Virus record (IMG/VR): IMGVR_UViG_3300042974_000004
Source: a virus
Taxonomy: Duplodnaviria; Caudoviricetes
Strand: one strand, 5' to 3'
Length of the DNA: 37,841 nt
Positions 8,049-16,677 of the stretch are shown in pieces. The translations under genes and the position numbers were made by a program. Position 1 is the stretch's first letter. Every line of letters begins with the position of its first letter. The notes under the pieces are model-generated. The model had not been told where the DNA came from. It made no database searches and was given only the letters and a program-made list of their open reading frames with translations.

Positions 8049-8811
8049 GGAAAATTACTTCACCAAAGAAAATGACAGAGAATATATGTCAGTCAGCTTA
8101 TTCAAGAGTTTTAAAGAATGTGAGGCCAAGACAATGGCAAAGCTTAACGGAGAATGGGAAGATAGCAACAAAGACGCCCTCCTACTTGGTAGCTATGTTC
8201 ATGCATGGAGTGAAGGTACTTTAGAAGAATTTAAAGCCGAGCATCCAGAAATGTATTCTTCTAGAGGCAAAACCAAGGGACAGCTAAAATCTACCTTCCA
8301 GATTGCAGACCGCATGATTGCCACTCTAAAGGATGATGAACTAGTCAAAGAAGCCAGAGAAGGTCAGAAGGAAGTTATTCAAACTGCGGAATTGTTTGGG
8401 GTTCCATGGAAAGCCATGTTCGATATATACAATCCAGAGAAAAAGGTTATTGTGGATTTGAAAACTACCAGGAATATACACAGCAAATTCAATGGTAACG
8501 AGAACTTTATAACACACTATGATTACTTATTGCAGATGGCTATATACTGCGAAATCGACCGTATAAACCGCAAGGCGGATGATTACTTTCAGCCCCACAT
8601 AATAGCCGTTTCCAAAGAAGAAATCCCGGACAAGGCTGTAATACTTCTAGGTACGGAATTCATAGAGGATAAGTTGCTGGAAACAGAAATATTAATGGAC
8701 AGGGTGAAAGCCGTTTGGCAAGGCAGAGAACAGCCGACACGGTGCGAAGAATGTGACTATTGTAGATCTACAAAGAAATTAGAGAAAACCATATTTTATA
8801 TGGACCTATAA
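8035..8811 (+). CDS. PD-(D/E)XK exonuclease (RecE-like / DUF3799-like)
   Basis: YMSVSLFKSF..CEA, LLGSYVH, KAMFD...IVDLKT, YLLQMAIY, C-terminal CEECDYC; near recT. Confidence 0.88.
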   Translation: MPVTKENYFTKENDREYMSVSLFKSFKECEAKTMAKLNGEWEDSNKDALLLGSYVHAWSEGTLEEFKAEHPEMYSSRGKTKGQLKSTFQIADRMIATLKDDELVKEAREGQKEVIQTAELFGVPWKAMFDIYNPEKKVIVDLKTTRNIHSKFNGNENFITHYDYLLQMAIYCEIDRINRKADDYFQPHIIAVSKEEIPDKAVILLGTEFIEDKLLETEILMDRVKAVWQGREQPTRCEECDYCRSTKKLEKTIFYMDL

Positions 8812-8825
8812 GGAAGGGGAAAAAT

Positions 8826-9431
8826 ATGAAGCCAGAGGAAATCAAAGCAAAAATAATTGATTTACTTATAAATACTAACAGGAAAGGCATAGAGAGAGTA
8901 ATTAAGTATATGGAGGACAGTGACTTCTTTGAAGCTCCTGCCTCTACAAGGTACCATGGCAATTATAAAGGCGGTCTTGCAGAACACAGTTTAAATGTCT
9001 ATGAAATATTTAAGAAGAAAAATGTTGAGTACGATTTTGGATTGAGTGACGATACTGTGAAAATTACTGCGTTGCTGCATGATATATGCAAAACCAATTT
9101 TTATACTGTGAGTTCCCGAAACATGAAAAAAGAGGGTAAATGGGTAAAAGTTCCTTACTATGCAGTGGATGACCAAGCACCTTTCGGGCATGGAGAGAAA
9201 AGCGTTATTATACTCCAACAATTTATAAAACTAGGCAGAGAGGAAGTAATAATAATCAGGTGGCATATGGGTGGCTATGAGCCAAGCCAGAATTACAATA
9301 GTATAAGTAAAGCATGGAATATTTGCAAAGCCGGAGTTGCGCTTCACACGGCAGATTTAGAATCCAGCTATATATTAGAGACACATTTTGAACCGGGCGA
9401 GAGCACGAAACAGATGTCGTTTAAAGCTTAG
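8826..9431 (+). CDS. HD-domain phosphohydrolase
   Basis: APASTRYH..GGLAEHSLNV, LLHDICK, GHGEKS, IRWHMG, HTAD. Confidence 0.9.
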   Translation: MKPEEIKAKIIDLLINTNRKGIERVIKYMEDSDFFEAPASTRYHGNYKGGLAEHSLNVYEIFKKKNVEYDFGLSDDTVKITALLHDICKTNFYTVSSRNMKKEGKWVKVPYYAVDDQAPFGHGEKSVIILQQFIKLGREEVIIIRWHMGGYEPSQNYNSISKAWNICKAGVALHTADLESSYILETHFEPGESTKQMSFKA

Positions 9432-9440
9432 GTGATAGCA

Positions 9441-9587
9441 ATGGTTATTATGGCTGTACCATATAAAAATTTTAAGGAAAAGATAAAAATTACAAAAGAA
9501 TATGGCGGAATGTACCATATAGAAGACCTTAATATGTACAGCACTAGAGGCATTTTATATATGGAAAGAAGGGAAACAATTGAATAA
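9441..9587 (+). CDS. Small hypothetical protein (48 aa, MVIMAVPYKNF...)
   Basis: Not in the ORF track; AGGTGA RBS; overlaps the ssb start. Confidence 0.5.
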   Translation: MVIMAVPYKNFKEKIKITKEYGGMYHIEDLNMYSTRGILYMERRETIE

Positions 9588-9999
9588 TATACAACTTGTG
9601 GGTAGATTGACACGCGATCCGGAGTTAAATTATACACCTGGAAGTGGGCTGGCAATAGTTAAATTCACATTAGCGGTAAATAGGCCACGGTTTAACAAAG
9701 ACAAACCCCAGGAGGCGGATTTTATAAATTGTGTGTGCTTCGGAAAGAGAGCTGAAGCAATAGCAAATTATGTTCAGAAAGGGCATAGATTCGGCGTTAT
9801 AGGTAGACTACAGATTAACAAATATACGGATAAAGAAGGTAATAACAGGTGGAGCAGTGATGTTATTGTAAATGATTTTGAGTTTATGCAGGATAAAGGA
9901 AATAACAATAGCAGCTACAATAATTATTCTGCGGCTCCACAGCAGAATAATGATGCTGATTATGTGGAAGTTGAGGACGACGGAGACATACCATTTTGA
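9580..9999 (+). CDS. ssb: Single-stranded DNA-binding protein
   Basis: MNNIQLVGRLTRDPEL OB-fold; C-terminal DDGDIPF. Confidence 0.96.
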   Translation: MNNIQLVGRLTRDPELNYTPGSGLAIVKFTLAVNRPRFNKDKPQEADFINCVCFGKRAEAIANYVQKGHRFGVIGRLQINKYTDKEGNNRWSSDVIVNDFEFMQDKGNNNSSYNNYSAAPQQNNDADYVEVEDDGDIPF

Positions 10000-10012
10000 T
10001 AAATGAAATTTC

Positions 10013-10195
10013 AGTTAATACCCTCAGAAAGAGCTCTTGGCAAAGCTTAGAGAAATAATTCCGAAATTGATACTTATTTCAACAAATGCAACTAATTTTA
10101 CAAAATTTTTAAATGAATTGATTATCATAAAACATCCCTCCTTTAGTTGCTTTGCCGAGTCTTCCAAGGTAATGCCCTTTCTCAAGGTATTAACT
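10013..10195 (-). repeat. Nested imperfect inverted repeats enclosing the antisense peptide ORF
   Basis: 10014-10034 pairs with 10174-10194; 10036-10046 pairs with 10149-10159. Two of three outer-arm mismatches become G-U wobbles on the minus strand. Confidence 0.8.
10024..10128 (-). CDS. Antisense 34-aa hydrophobic peptide MIINSFKNFVKLVAFVEISINFGIISLSFAKSSF (type I toxin-like candidate)
   Basis: AAAGGAGGG RBS with 8-nt spacing from GGAGG; extended -10 TGtTATAAT at 10210-10202; flanked by nested inverted repeats. Confidence 0.6.
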   Translation of the reverse strand: MIINSFKNFVKLVAFVEISINFGIISLSFAKSSF

Positions 10196-10229
10196 AATAT
10201 AATTATAACATATAAAGGCAGGTGATTAG

Positions 10230-10847
10230 ATGCAGATACATTATAAATTTTCAGATATGGAAATTTGGAAAGATATTAGAGGATATGAAGGATATTATCA
10301 AATTAGCAATAAAGGCAGGATACGAAGTCTAAACAGAGCTATAGTTGATAATAGAGGCATTAAGTTTAATAAAAAGGGTAAATTGTTGTCAACTCATAAG
10401 GGAGAAAATGGATATATATATGTTTCCCTAAAAAAGAAAAACAAAACTAGAACATTTACAGTGCATAGACTAGTAGCAATCTATTTTGTTTCAAATTTAT
10501 TAAATTTGCCTATTGTTAATCACAAAGATGAAAATAAAGAAAATAATAAGGCTGAAAACCTTGAATGGTGTACCTATAAATACAATAATTCATATGGAAC
10601 TAAAATAGCAAGAGGAATGGAAAATAGAGATAACTCTTATATTGCAGCCCGAAATAAAAGAGTGCTTAGTAAAAAAGTATTTCAATATAATTTTGACGAT
10701 AATTTAATAAAAATATGGGCAAGTACTAGGGAATGTCAAAGAAATGGTTTTAGTCAAAGTTGCGTTGCGGCATGTTGCAGGGGCGAATATAAGCAGCATA
10801 AAGGATATAAATGGGCTTATGAAAGAAGGGATAATATTGCATTATAA
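10230..10847 (+). CDS. NUMOD4-HNH homing endonuclease with C-terminal NUMOD1-like domain
   Basis: EIWKDIRGYEGYYQISNKGRIRS (NUMOD4); VHRLVA..F, VNHKDENKENN..NLEWCT..YN (HNH); KKVFQY...CCRG...HKGYKW. Confidence 0.92.
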   Translation: MQIHYKFSDMEIWKDIRGYEGYYQISNKGRIRSLNRAIVDNRGIKFNKKGKLLSTHKGENGYIYVSLKKKNKTRTFTVHRLVAIYFVSNLLNLPIVNHKDENKENNKAENLEWCTYKYNNSYGTKIARGMENRDNSYIAARNKRVLSKKVFQYNFDDNLIKIWASTRECQRNGFSQSCVAACCRGEYKQHKGYKWAYERRDNIAL

Positions 10848-11520
10848 ATTTACTAATAAAGAAATAGGCGAAATATTAAACAACATAGTAATTTTAGTAG
10901 ATTCCAGAGAACAGGCAAACCTTCATATATTAAGTTGGCTAAGTAAAAATAAAAAGAAATATAAAGTCCAAAAAATTGACTATGGTGATTATAGCTGCTA
11001 TCTACCTGTAGGAAGTTTCAAAGGCCAGACAAGAGATGTCTATTTTACAGATGAATTGATAATAGAGAGAAAATTTTGTATTGACGAATTAGCCATGAAT
11101 CTAAAAGACAAAAAAACTAATTTAGATGAAATAAAAAAAGAGACAATTGAATTATTTGGAGAAGAATATTTAACAAAAGTACTTAGAAGCGATTATAACA
11201 GGCTTAAATATGAATTTTCCAATATGAACAGACACGATATAGAATTTTATATCTTCTTAGAAGATCCGAATTTTGATAGAAATATTAGAACTGGCAACTA
11301 CAGGTCACAATATAAGCCACATACGCTATATGCAAGGCTTAAAGCACTGGAAAGAGAATTTCATACAATAATAAGGCCTTACAGCAAAGAGATTATAGCA
11401 AGTGAAATATATAACACATTGAGATACGGAGTAAGAAACATTTTAGTTCATAGAGGTTTTATTGAAGAAAAAGAATTGGATACAGATATAAGTCCGGAAA
11501 GTCAGCAGGCGGCAAAATAA
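10837..11520 (+). CDS. ERCC4-domain nuclease (resolvase-like)
   Basis: ILVDSREQ, IDYGDYS, IIERK..IDEL motif; TTG start after GAAGGGA. Confidence 0.88.
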   Translation: MHYKFTNKEIGEILNNIVILVDSREQANLHILSWLSKNKKKYKVQKIDYGDYSCYLPVGSFKGQTRDVYFTDELIIERKFCIDELAMNLKDKKTNLDEIKKETIELFGEEYLTKVLRSDYNRLKYEFSNMNRHDIEFYIFLEDPNFDRNIRTGNYRSQYKPHTLYARLKALEREFHTIIRPYSKEIIASEIYNTLRYGVRNILVHRGFIEEKELDTDISPESQQAAK

Positions 11521-11537
11521 TCATAGGAGAGGATTAT

Positions 11538-11720
11538 ATGGACAGGTTAAAAATAACTAATGTTTTTTGGAAGATATGGTATAGCGAAATACGGCAGACT
11601 GACAAGCCCATTTGTGCGAATTGCGGAAAAGAATTAAAAAATGGTGATTATATAGATCATTATTATCCAATGTACCAAGACAGAAATTGTTGCAAAGAAT
11701 GTAAAATTAAAGGCTTATAG
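11538..11720 (+). CDS. Small zinc-finger-like protein
   Basis: CANCG...CCKEC; AGGAGAGG RBS. Confidence 0.6.
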   Translation: MDRLKITNVFWKIWYSEIRQTDKPICANCGKELKNGDYIDHYYPMYQDRNCCKECKIKGL

Positions 11721-11756
11721 TCAAGGAAAATCCGTACTTAGAAAAGAGGTGAGAAG

Positions 11757-14345
11757 GTGGAACTGCAAGATATAGACTTAAAAAATTTGATAGAAAGAGA
11801 AACAGGAGAACATTTTAATAGGCAGGGGTATATAAAATGCCCCTTCCACAATGAAAAGACACCTTCCCTTGCAGTAAAATTTTATCCGGATGCAAATAAA
11901 CAACGGTTTAAATGCTTCGGCTGTTCAACATCTGGAGATAGTATTGACTTCATAATGAAATTTAAGAATATGGCATATGAGCAGGCTCGGGAATATTTAG
12001 GGCTTACAGTTGAAAAAAGTGAGCAGGAACAGCAGGTTGAAAGGGTACAAGGCTTTATAGACTGGCAGATAAAGAAATTCGGATGGAAAGATACTCTCAT
12101 AGGTTTATTTCCCTTCACAAACGATAAAAGCGAGATTGCATACTTTAAGGCTAAATTTAAAGATAGCGAAGGTAAAAAAAGATTATCTTATTACCATATA
12201 GAAAATGACAAGGTAGTTAATAAAAGAGGTTCAGAAGAGCTGCCGTATAACCTGTATAACGCATTACAGGGCATTGAAAATGATAATGTACTAATTATAT
12301 GCGAGGGTGAAAAAGACGTAAACAATCTCAATTCTGTGCTTAAACGGAGCAATTACGTGGCAACCAGTGTTAAAAATGTAAAAGACCTATCAATGTATGA
12401 AGGTGCATATTTATACATCTGTGGAGACACTGGAGAAGCAGGAGAAAAATACAAGTGGTCCATATATAAAAAACTGTTTGGCTCCGCAAAATCATTTAAA
12501 TTTATAAACCTCCCAGGTATAAAAAGCCTGGGAGACAATAAAGATGTAACCGACTGGCTGGATGCTGGACATGATAAAAAAGATTTATTAAATGCATTTG
12601 ATAGGTCACTGGATTTAAAAAATAAATATGAGTTGCAGCAAGACTCTTTAGGTATTTACAAAACTATCGCCAAGGACGGCTCAGAGAAAAAAATATATAT
12701 GACGAATTTTAATGTGGTGGATGCCACGGCCATACATTACGTAAACGAAGATGTTGAAGGTATAAAACTATCTATAAAAACATCTTTCGGCGGCATAATT
12801 GAAAAAAGAGATTATGTCACTGTATTTGATGATCCAAAATCATTCAGGAACTTTTTAGGATCTATGGACTTAATATTTAAAGGGCGTGTTGATGATCTGA
12901 TGAATCTGAAAGCATGGGTAAATAAATATTTTGCCATTGAGAAATCGAAAGTTTATTCAGGCACTAGATTTGTATTTGAGAATAATGATATAAAGCTAGT
13001 AACTCAAGATGGAATGATAACCAGTAAGGGCGTAAATACCAAAATAAAAAGTGACGGCGGAACAGCTATTAAAATTGTAAATATAGATCCTATAGGGAAA
13101 GAAGAACTCCAGAAACTTATGAAATATTTATTTGAGTTTGCACCAAAGAGGATAAGCTATTCGGTTGTAGGTACCATAATTAATAATCTTGCCATAGCTC
13201 AGGCCATAGAGTTAAATATTAGTTTTCATCACTTGTTACTGGCGGGTGAGAGTGGCGGCGGTAAAAGTACAGTAATGGAAAATGTTATCGCTGCTATACT
13301 GAATTACCCGAAGGATGATATCAAGTCGATTACACTTACAACGCCTTTTGCTATGGAAAAAGCTTTAAGTGAAGGAAATTATTCATTGCTCTTCGAAGAG
13401 TTTAAACCAAGCAAAATGAATGATTATAAGAAAAATATGATAAGTGAAATTTTAAGAAACAGCTATGACAGACACACAGTAGATAGAGGTAATAGAAATC
13501 TAAAAAGCAATACAGTTCTTGCACTTACAAGGCCGCTTATACTGGCAGGTGAAGAAACATTTATTAATAATGAAAAAGCACTAAATGAAAGGTCATGTAT
13601 TATTTATCTATCGAAAAACCAAAGGACAAAAGAGCAAACCACAGCTATGGAGTGGATCATAAATCATCAAGATATTTTGAATAAGCTTGGGCGGAGCTTA
13701 ATTGAAATAGTCTTAAATATGTCAGTGGAGGAATATAAAACATTAAGAGAAAATGAATTTAGTGAGATAAAAGGAATTAAAGACAGGCCAGGCAATACAG
13801 CAGCCAATATTTGCACTGGAATTGCTATATTAAATGAGCTTATTAATCAATATGGTTTACAGAAAATTACAAACTATGAGAATGTAGTTGTCGCCAATAT
13901 AAGAAATGAGATACTTGACGATATGGATGATTCACTATCGGAAGTTGAAAAGATTTTAGCATTATACGACCAAATTATAGGAGATGGTAGAATATATGAA
14001 GATAATGTTAAAAAAGCTGTACAGAGAAAAGATGGAAGTTTGTATATCAGGACCAGCGAAATGTATAACCAGATCTTTTCCTATATGAAGGACATTGGGA
14101 ATAAACAATCCTTGATGGAGCTAAAGGATTTTAAGAAGCAGGCAAAAATGGCAGGATATCTATTGAAGGCATCAGATAGGCAAATAAAAGTAGAAAGTGC
14201 TAACATAAGGTTTGATTTATACGACATTAGTAAAATTAAAAAACTAGGGCTTGAATCTTTAGCCCCGCCGGATATCTTTGAGGATGAATGGGAAAAAGGG
14301 GAACAGAAAGTTGTGTTTCCGGACAAGTTCAACAAAGGTAACTAA
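11757..14345 (+). CDS. Primase-helicase (CHC2 zinc finger, TOPRIM, C-terminal P-loop NTPase)
   Basis: CPFHNEKTPS...FKCFGC; ICEGEKD; KDVTDW; Walker A GESGGGKS and LLFEE Walker B-like motif. Confidence 0.9.
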   Translation: MELQDIDLKNLIERETGEHFNRQGYIKCPFHNEKTPSLAVKFYPDANKQRFKCFGCSTSGDSIDFIMKFKNMAYEQAREYLGLTVEKSEQEQQVERVQGFIDWQIKKFGWKDTLIGLFPFTNDKSEIAYFKAKFKDSEGKKRLSYYHIENDKVVNKRGSEELPYNLYNALQGIENDNVLIICEGEKDVNNLNSVLKRSNYVATSVKNVKDLSMYEGAYLYICGDTGEAGEKYKWSIYKKLFGSAKSFKFINLPGIKSLGDNKDVTDWLDAGHDKKDLLNAFDRSLDLKNKYELQQDSLGIYKTIAKDGSEKKIYMTNFNVVDATAIHYVNEDVEGIKLSIKTSFGGIIEKRDYVTVFDDPKSFRNFLGSMDLIFKGRVDDLMNLKAWVNKYFAIEKSKVYSGTRFVFENNDIKLVTQDGMITSKGVNTKIKSDGGTAIKIVNIDPIGKEELQKLMKYLFEFAPKRISYSVVGTIINNLAIAQAIELNISFHHLLLAGESGGGKSTVMENVIAAILNYPKDDIKSITLTTPFAMEKALSEGNYSLLFEEFKPSKMNDYKKNMISEILRNSYDRHTVDRGNRNLKSNTVLALTRPLILAGEETFINNEKALNERSCIIYLSKNQRTKEQTTAMEWIINHQDILNKLGRSLIEIVLNMSVEEYKTLRENEFSEIKGIKDRPGNTAANICTGIAILNELINQYGLQKITNYENVVVANIRNEILDDMDDSLSEVEKILALYDQIIGDGRIYEDNVKKAVQRKDGSLYIRTSEMYNQIFSYMKDIGNKQSLMELKDFKKQAKMAGYLLKASDRQIKVESANIRFDLYDISKIKKLGLESLAPPDIFEDEWEKGEQKVVFPDKFNKGN

Positions 14346-14614
14346 TTTCATAAATGGTTACCTATTTGTTACCAAAAATGTTACCTGCTCAAAGCATTGG
14401 TATTATTGGCTTTATATATTATATATATGTGTTAGTAACAAAGTAACATAAATATATATGTACACGCACGGGTACACATACACTCATATATAAAAGTTGA
14501 CTGCATATCATTTTAAAAAATGTTACCTTGCTACCGAAAGTGCGTAAAGCTAGATATATCAATGGATGGAATAGGTAACAAAAAGCTGAAAAAAGTGTTA
14601 CCAAAAATGTTACC
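14336..14614. repeat. Iteron-like GTTAC(C)/GTAAC cluster, candidate replication origin
   Basis: About ten GTTAC/GTAAC copies in both orientations; TGTTACCAAAAATGTTACC is exact at 14367-14385 and 14596-14614; directly downstream of the primase-helicase. Confidence 0.7.
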
Positions 14615-14680
14615 GAAGGACGTTTTGATAGAAAAATGCTACATGAATAGAAATTTTAATCCCAGGGAGGTATATTGTTT

Positions 14681-15121
14681 ATGGCAAGTAAGGACAAATA
14701 TTATAGAATTGTTGAAGCTATGCTTTATAGATATAAAAATGTTGAAGCAGAAATTCAAAATATAGATTTGGCAATTGAAGAATTGGAATATGAATATCAG
14801 GGTTGCCTCCCTATAGGATATAAAGAGAAAAGTGGACCTACTTATAAGTTTAGCAGTGTTGTTGAGAATGAATTTACAAGTAAGAATATAAGACCTGAAC
14901 ATCTAAAGATATTAAGGCATAAGGCTGAGATGCAGAATAAAAGGATAGATAATGCATTAAATGCATTGGATGATAGGTCAAGAGAAGTAATTGAATTAAA
15001 ATACTTTATAAAGCTATCCAATAAACAAATTGCTATTCGGTTGGATTTAACTGAACAGTGGGTATGTGAGATTAAAAGAAGAGCTATTAATAATCTGGTT
15101 GCATCTATGTTCATGGTATAG
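14681..15121 (+). CDS. RinA/ArpU-like late transcription activator (sigma region 4-like HTH)
   Basis: IDNALNALDDRSREVIELKYF...QIAIRLDLTEQWV...KRRAI; located just upstream of terS. Confidence 0.8.
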   Translation: MASKDKYYRIVEAMLYRYKNVEAEIQNIDLAIEELEYEYQGCLPIGYKEKSGPTYKFSSVVENEFTSKNIRPEHLKILRHKAEMQNKRIDNALNALDDRSREVIELKYFIKLSNKQIAIRLDLTEQWVCEIKRRAINNLVASMFMV

Positions 15122-15189
15122 TTTAATAAAACTTTCATAAAAGTTTCATTTTAGTTTAATTATAATTTCAAACAAAGGAGTATTATAAT
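15120..15189 (+). promoter_or_regulatory. Late promoter region with five tandem 11-bp repeats and a TATAAT
   Basis: AGTTTAATAAA/ACTTTCATAAA/AGTTTCATTTT/AGTTTAATTAT/AATTTCAAACA, then TATAAT near 15184. Confidence 0.6.
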
Positions 15190-15263
15190 ATCATAGAAAT
15201 TATTTAAAGGACATCTAGTCATATAGGTGTCTTATTTACGTTAAGTGTAAGGGAGGGATAGAA

Positions 15264-15671
15264 ATGCTTACCAAGGATCAGGAGAAGATGATTACAATGC
15301 TTATTGAAGGTGAGAAGATAACTGATATTGCTAGGAAGATTGGAGTGAGTAGGCAGACTATTTACTCGTGGAGGAGTAATGATGAAGTTAACGCTGAGCT
15401 TGACCAACGGAGACGAGACATTGCTAACCAAGGTAATAACTATATACTGAAGGATGTTAGGACATATATAGATAATATTAAAGATTTAGCTAACAACAGC
15501 ACTGACAAACGAGTTAAGCTTGCAGCTAATCAATGCTTGTTAAGCCAGATATATGGTAATGCAACGGCTGTAGTTCAAACTCTTAATAATGACACAGAGA
15601 ATAACAACGTAAATGAGAATGAGCTTGAAGAACAACTCAAGAAGTTTAAAAATATGAGAGTTGTTAAGTAG
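15264..15671 (+). CDS. terS: Terminase small subunit (HTH type)
   Basis: N-terminal HTH KITDIARKIGVSRQTIYSW; position after the activator and before terL; GGGAGGG RBS. Confidence 0.75.
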   Translation: MLTKDQEKMITMLIEGEKITDIARKIGVSRQTIYSWRSNDEVNAELDQRRRDIANQGNNYILKDVRTYIDNIKDLANNSTDKRVKLAANQCLLSQIYGNATAVVQTLNNDTENNNVNENELEEQLKKFKNMRVVK

Positions 15672-15880
15672 AAATAGCTTGAAAGCGTTGATATGACTGG
15701 GGTTGAAAGAGGTTGAATGATTATTTACAACTTCGCTAAAATTTGATTTAGCGAAGTTCATATTTGGAATGGCTGAAGAGATCCCCGGACCCGCCCACCT
15801 TCTAATTTTTGGAAATGAAAATAGCCCGGTGAGAGGTGTCACAATTTCTGTGATATTTTAAAAAGCCATGTGGAAAACTT

Positions 15881-15905
15881 TGTCATAAAATGATATAATA
15901 TGACA
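15881..15905 (+). promoter_or_regulatory. Moron promoter: extended -10 within a TGTCATA-N11-TATGACA palindrome
   Basis: TGATATAAT at 15891-15899; TGGAAA 17 bp upstream of the -10. Confidence 0.55.
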
Positions 15906-15922
15906 GGGGGAGGTATGCTATT

Positions 15923-16618
15923 ATGGATTATTTAACAGCTTTTGTTGAGAGCAGATTTTTTTTGGAATGGATAAAACCAATAGTAACTCCTTTGATGGTA
16001 ACTTTAATAACATATTCAGTTGGTGTTCTCCGTAAGAGAAGAAAAAGTGAAAGCGTAATTAGGAGTGTAAAAGTTGCTAATAAACAATTAGTAGATGCTG
16101 TTAGACCATTTTTTATTCAAAAAATTAAATTAAGGAAAGAAGTTATATTAAATATCAGAAATGCTATTAAAGAACGATATGATAATATAGAATTAGATTC
16201 TTTATTTACATTAGATCAGATTAAAGAAAATATTATTTTAGATATTTCAGAGACTAGATTTTTAAAAGACCAGGATAAATTTGATTTAATAGATTTTACA
16301 GAAGATACATTTAAAGAATATGTACCAGAGGAAAACGAACAGATAGCGGAAAATCAAAATATTGACATGCTTATAAGAGAGCGAGATAAAATAGCTCGTT
16401 ATGATGAAATGTTAATTTTTACAATGGTACCTATTATTGTAACTGTGCTTATGTTTCTTATACAAAATGTATTTATGATTTCAAAAAATCATAAACCAGT
16501 GAATATATTTTTTTCAACAGAGAACATATTTATAGCAGCTGGTATAGCTGTACTTATAATAGGAAGCGTAAATGCTATCATGAAAATTGTAGAACATTTA
16601 AAAAATAAGAAGGAATAA
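15923..16618 (+). CDS. Moron membrane protein (1 N-terminal and 2 C-terminal TM segments), unknown function
   Basis: AT-rich; own promoter, GGGGGAGG RBS and terminator; sits between terS and terL. Confidence 0.8.
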   Translation: MDYLTAFVESRFFLEWIKPIVTPLMVTLITYSVGVLRKRRKSESVIRSVKVANKQLVDAVRPFFIQKIKLRKEVILNIRNAIKERYDNIELDSLFTLDQIKENIILDISETRFLKDQDKFDLIDFTEDTFKEYVPEENEQIAENQNIDMLIRERDKIARYDEMLIFTMVPIIVTVLMFLIQNVFMISKNHKPVNIFFSTENIFIAAGIAVLIIGSVNAIMKIVEHLKNKKE

Positions 16619-16623
16619 TATTT

Positions 16624-16650
16624 AAGAACTCTTAATTAGGGCTCTTTTTT
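16624..16650 (+). terminator. Probable intrinsic terminator after the moron
   Basis: AAGAACTCT-TAATT-AGGGCTCTT imperfect stem ending in a T tract. Confidence 0.55.
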
Positions 16651-16677
16651 CATACCTAAAATTGTGAGGTGATTTAA

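Noticed and set aside
10037-10225. 62-aa plus-strand ORF
   Set aside because: TTG start with no RBS; it is the shadow of the better supported minus-strand peptide cassette.
10744-10836. Long N-terminus of the ERCC4 ORF
   Set aside because: It overlaps the HNH C-terminal domain; TTG 10837 has an RBS.
10230-10850. Group I intron around the HNH gene
   Set aside because: The ORF fills the whole interval, leaving no room for a ribozyme core, and the downstream gene has its own RBS and start.
14336-14614. CRISPR-like array
   Set aside because: Repeats are short, in both orientations and irregularly spaced, with no unique spacers of constant length.
14419-14765. ORFs 14419..14604 (-) and 14520..14765 (+)
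   Set aside because: They translate the GTTACC repeats, have no RBS, and one overlaps the activator gene.
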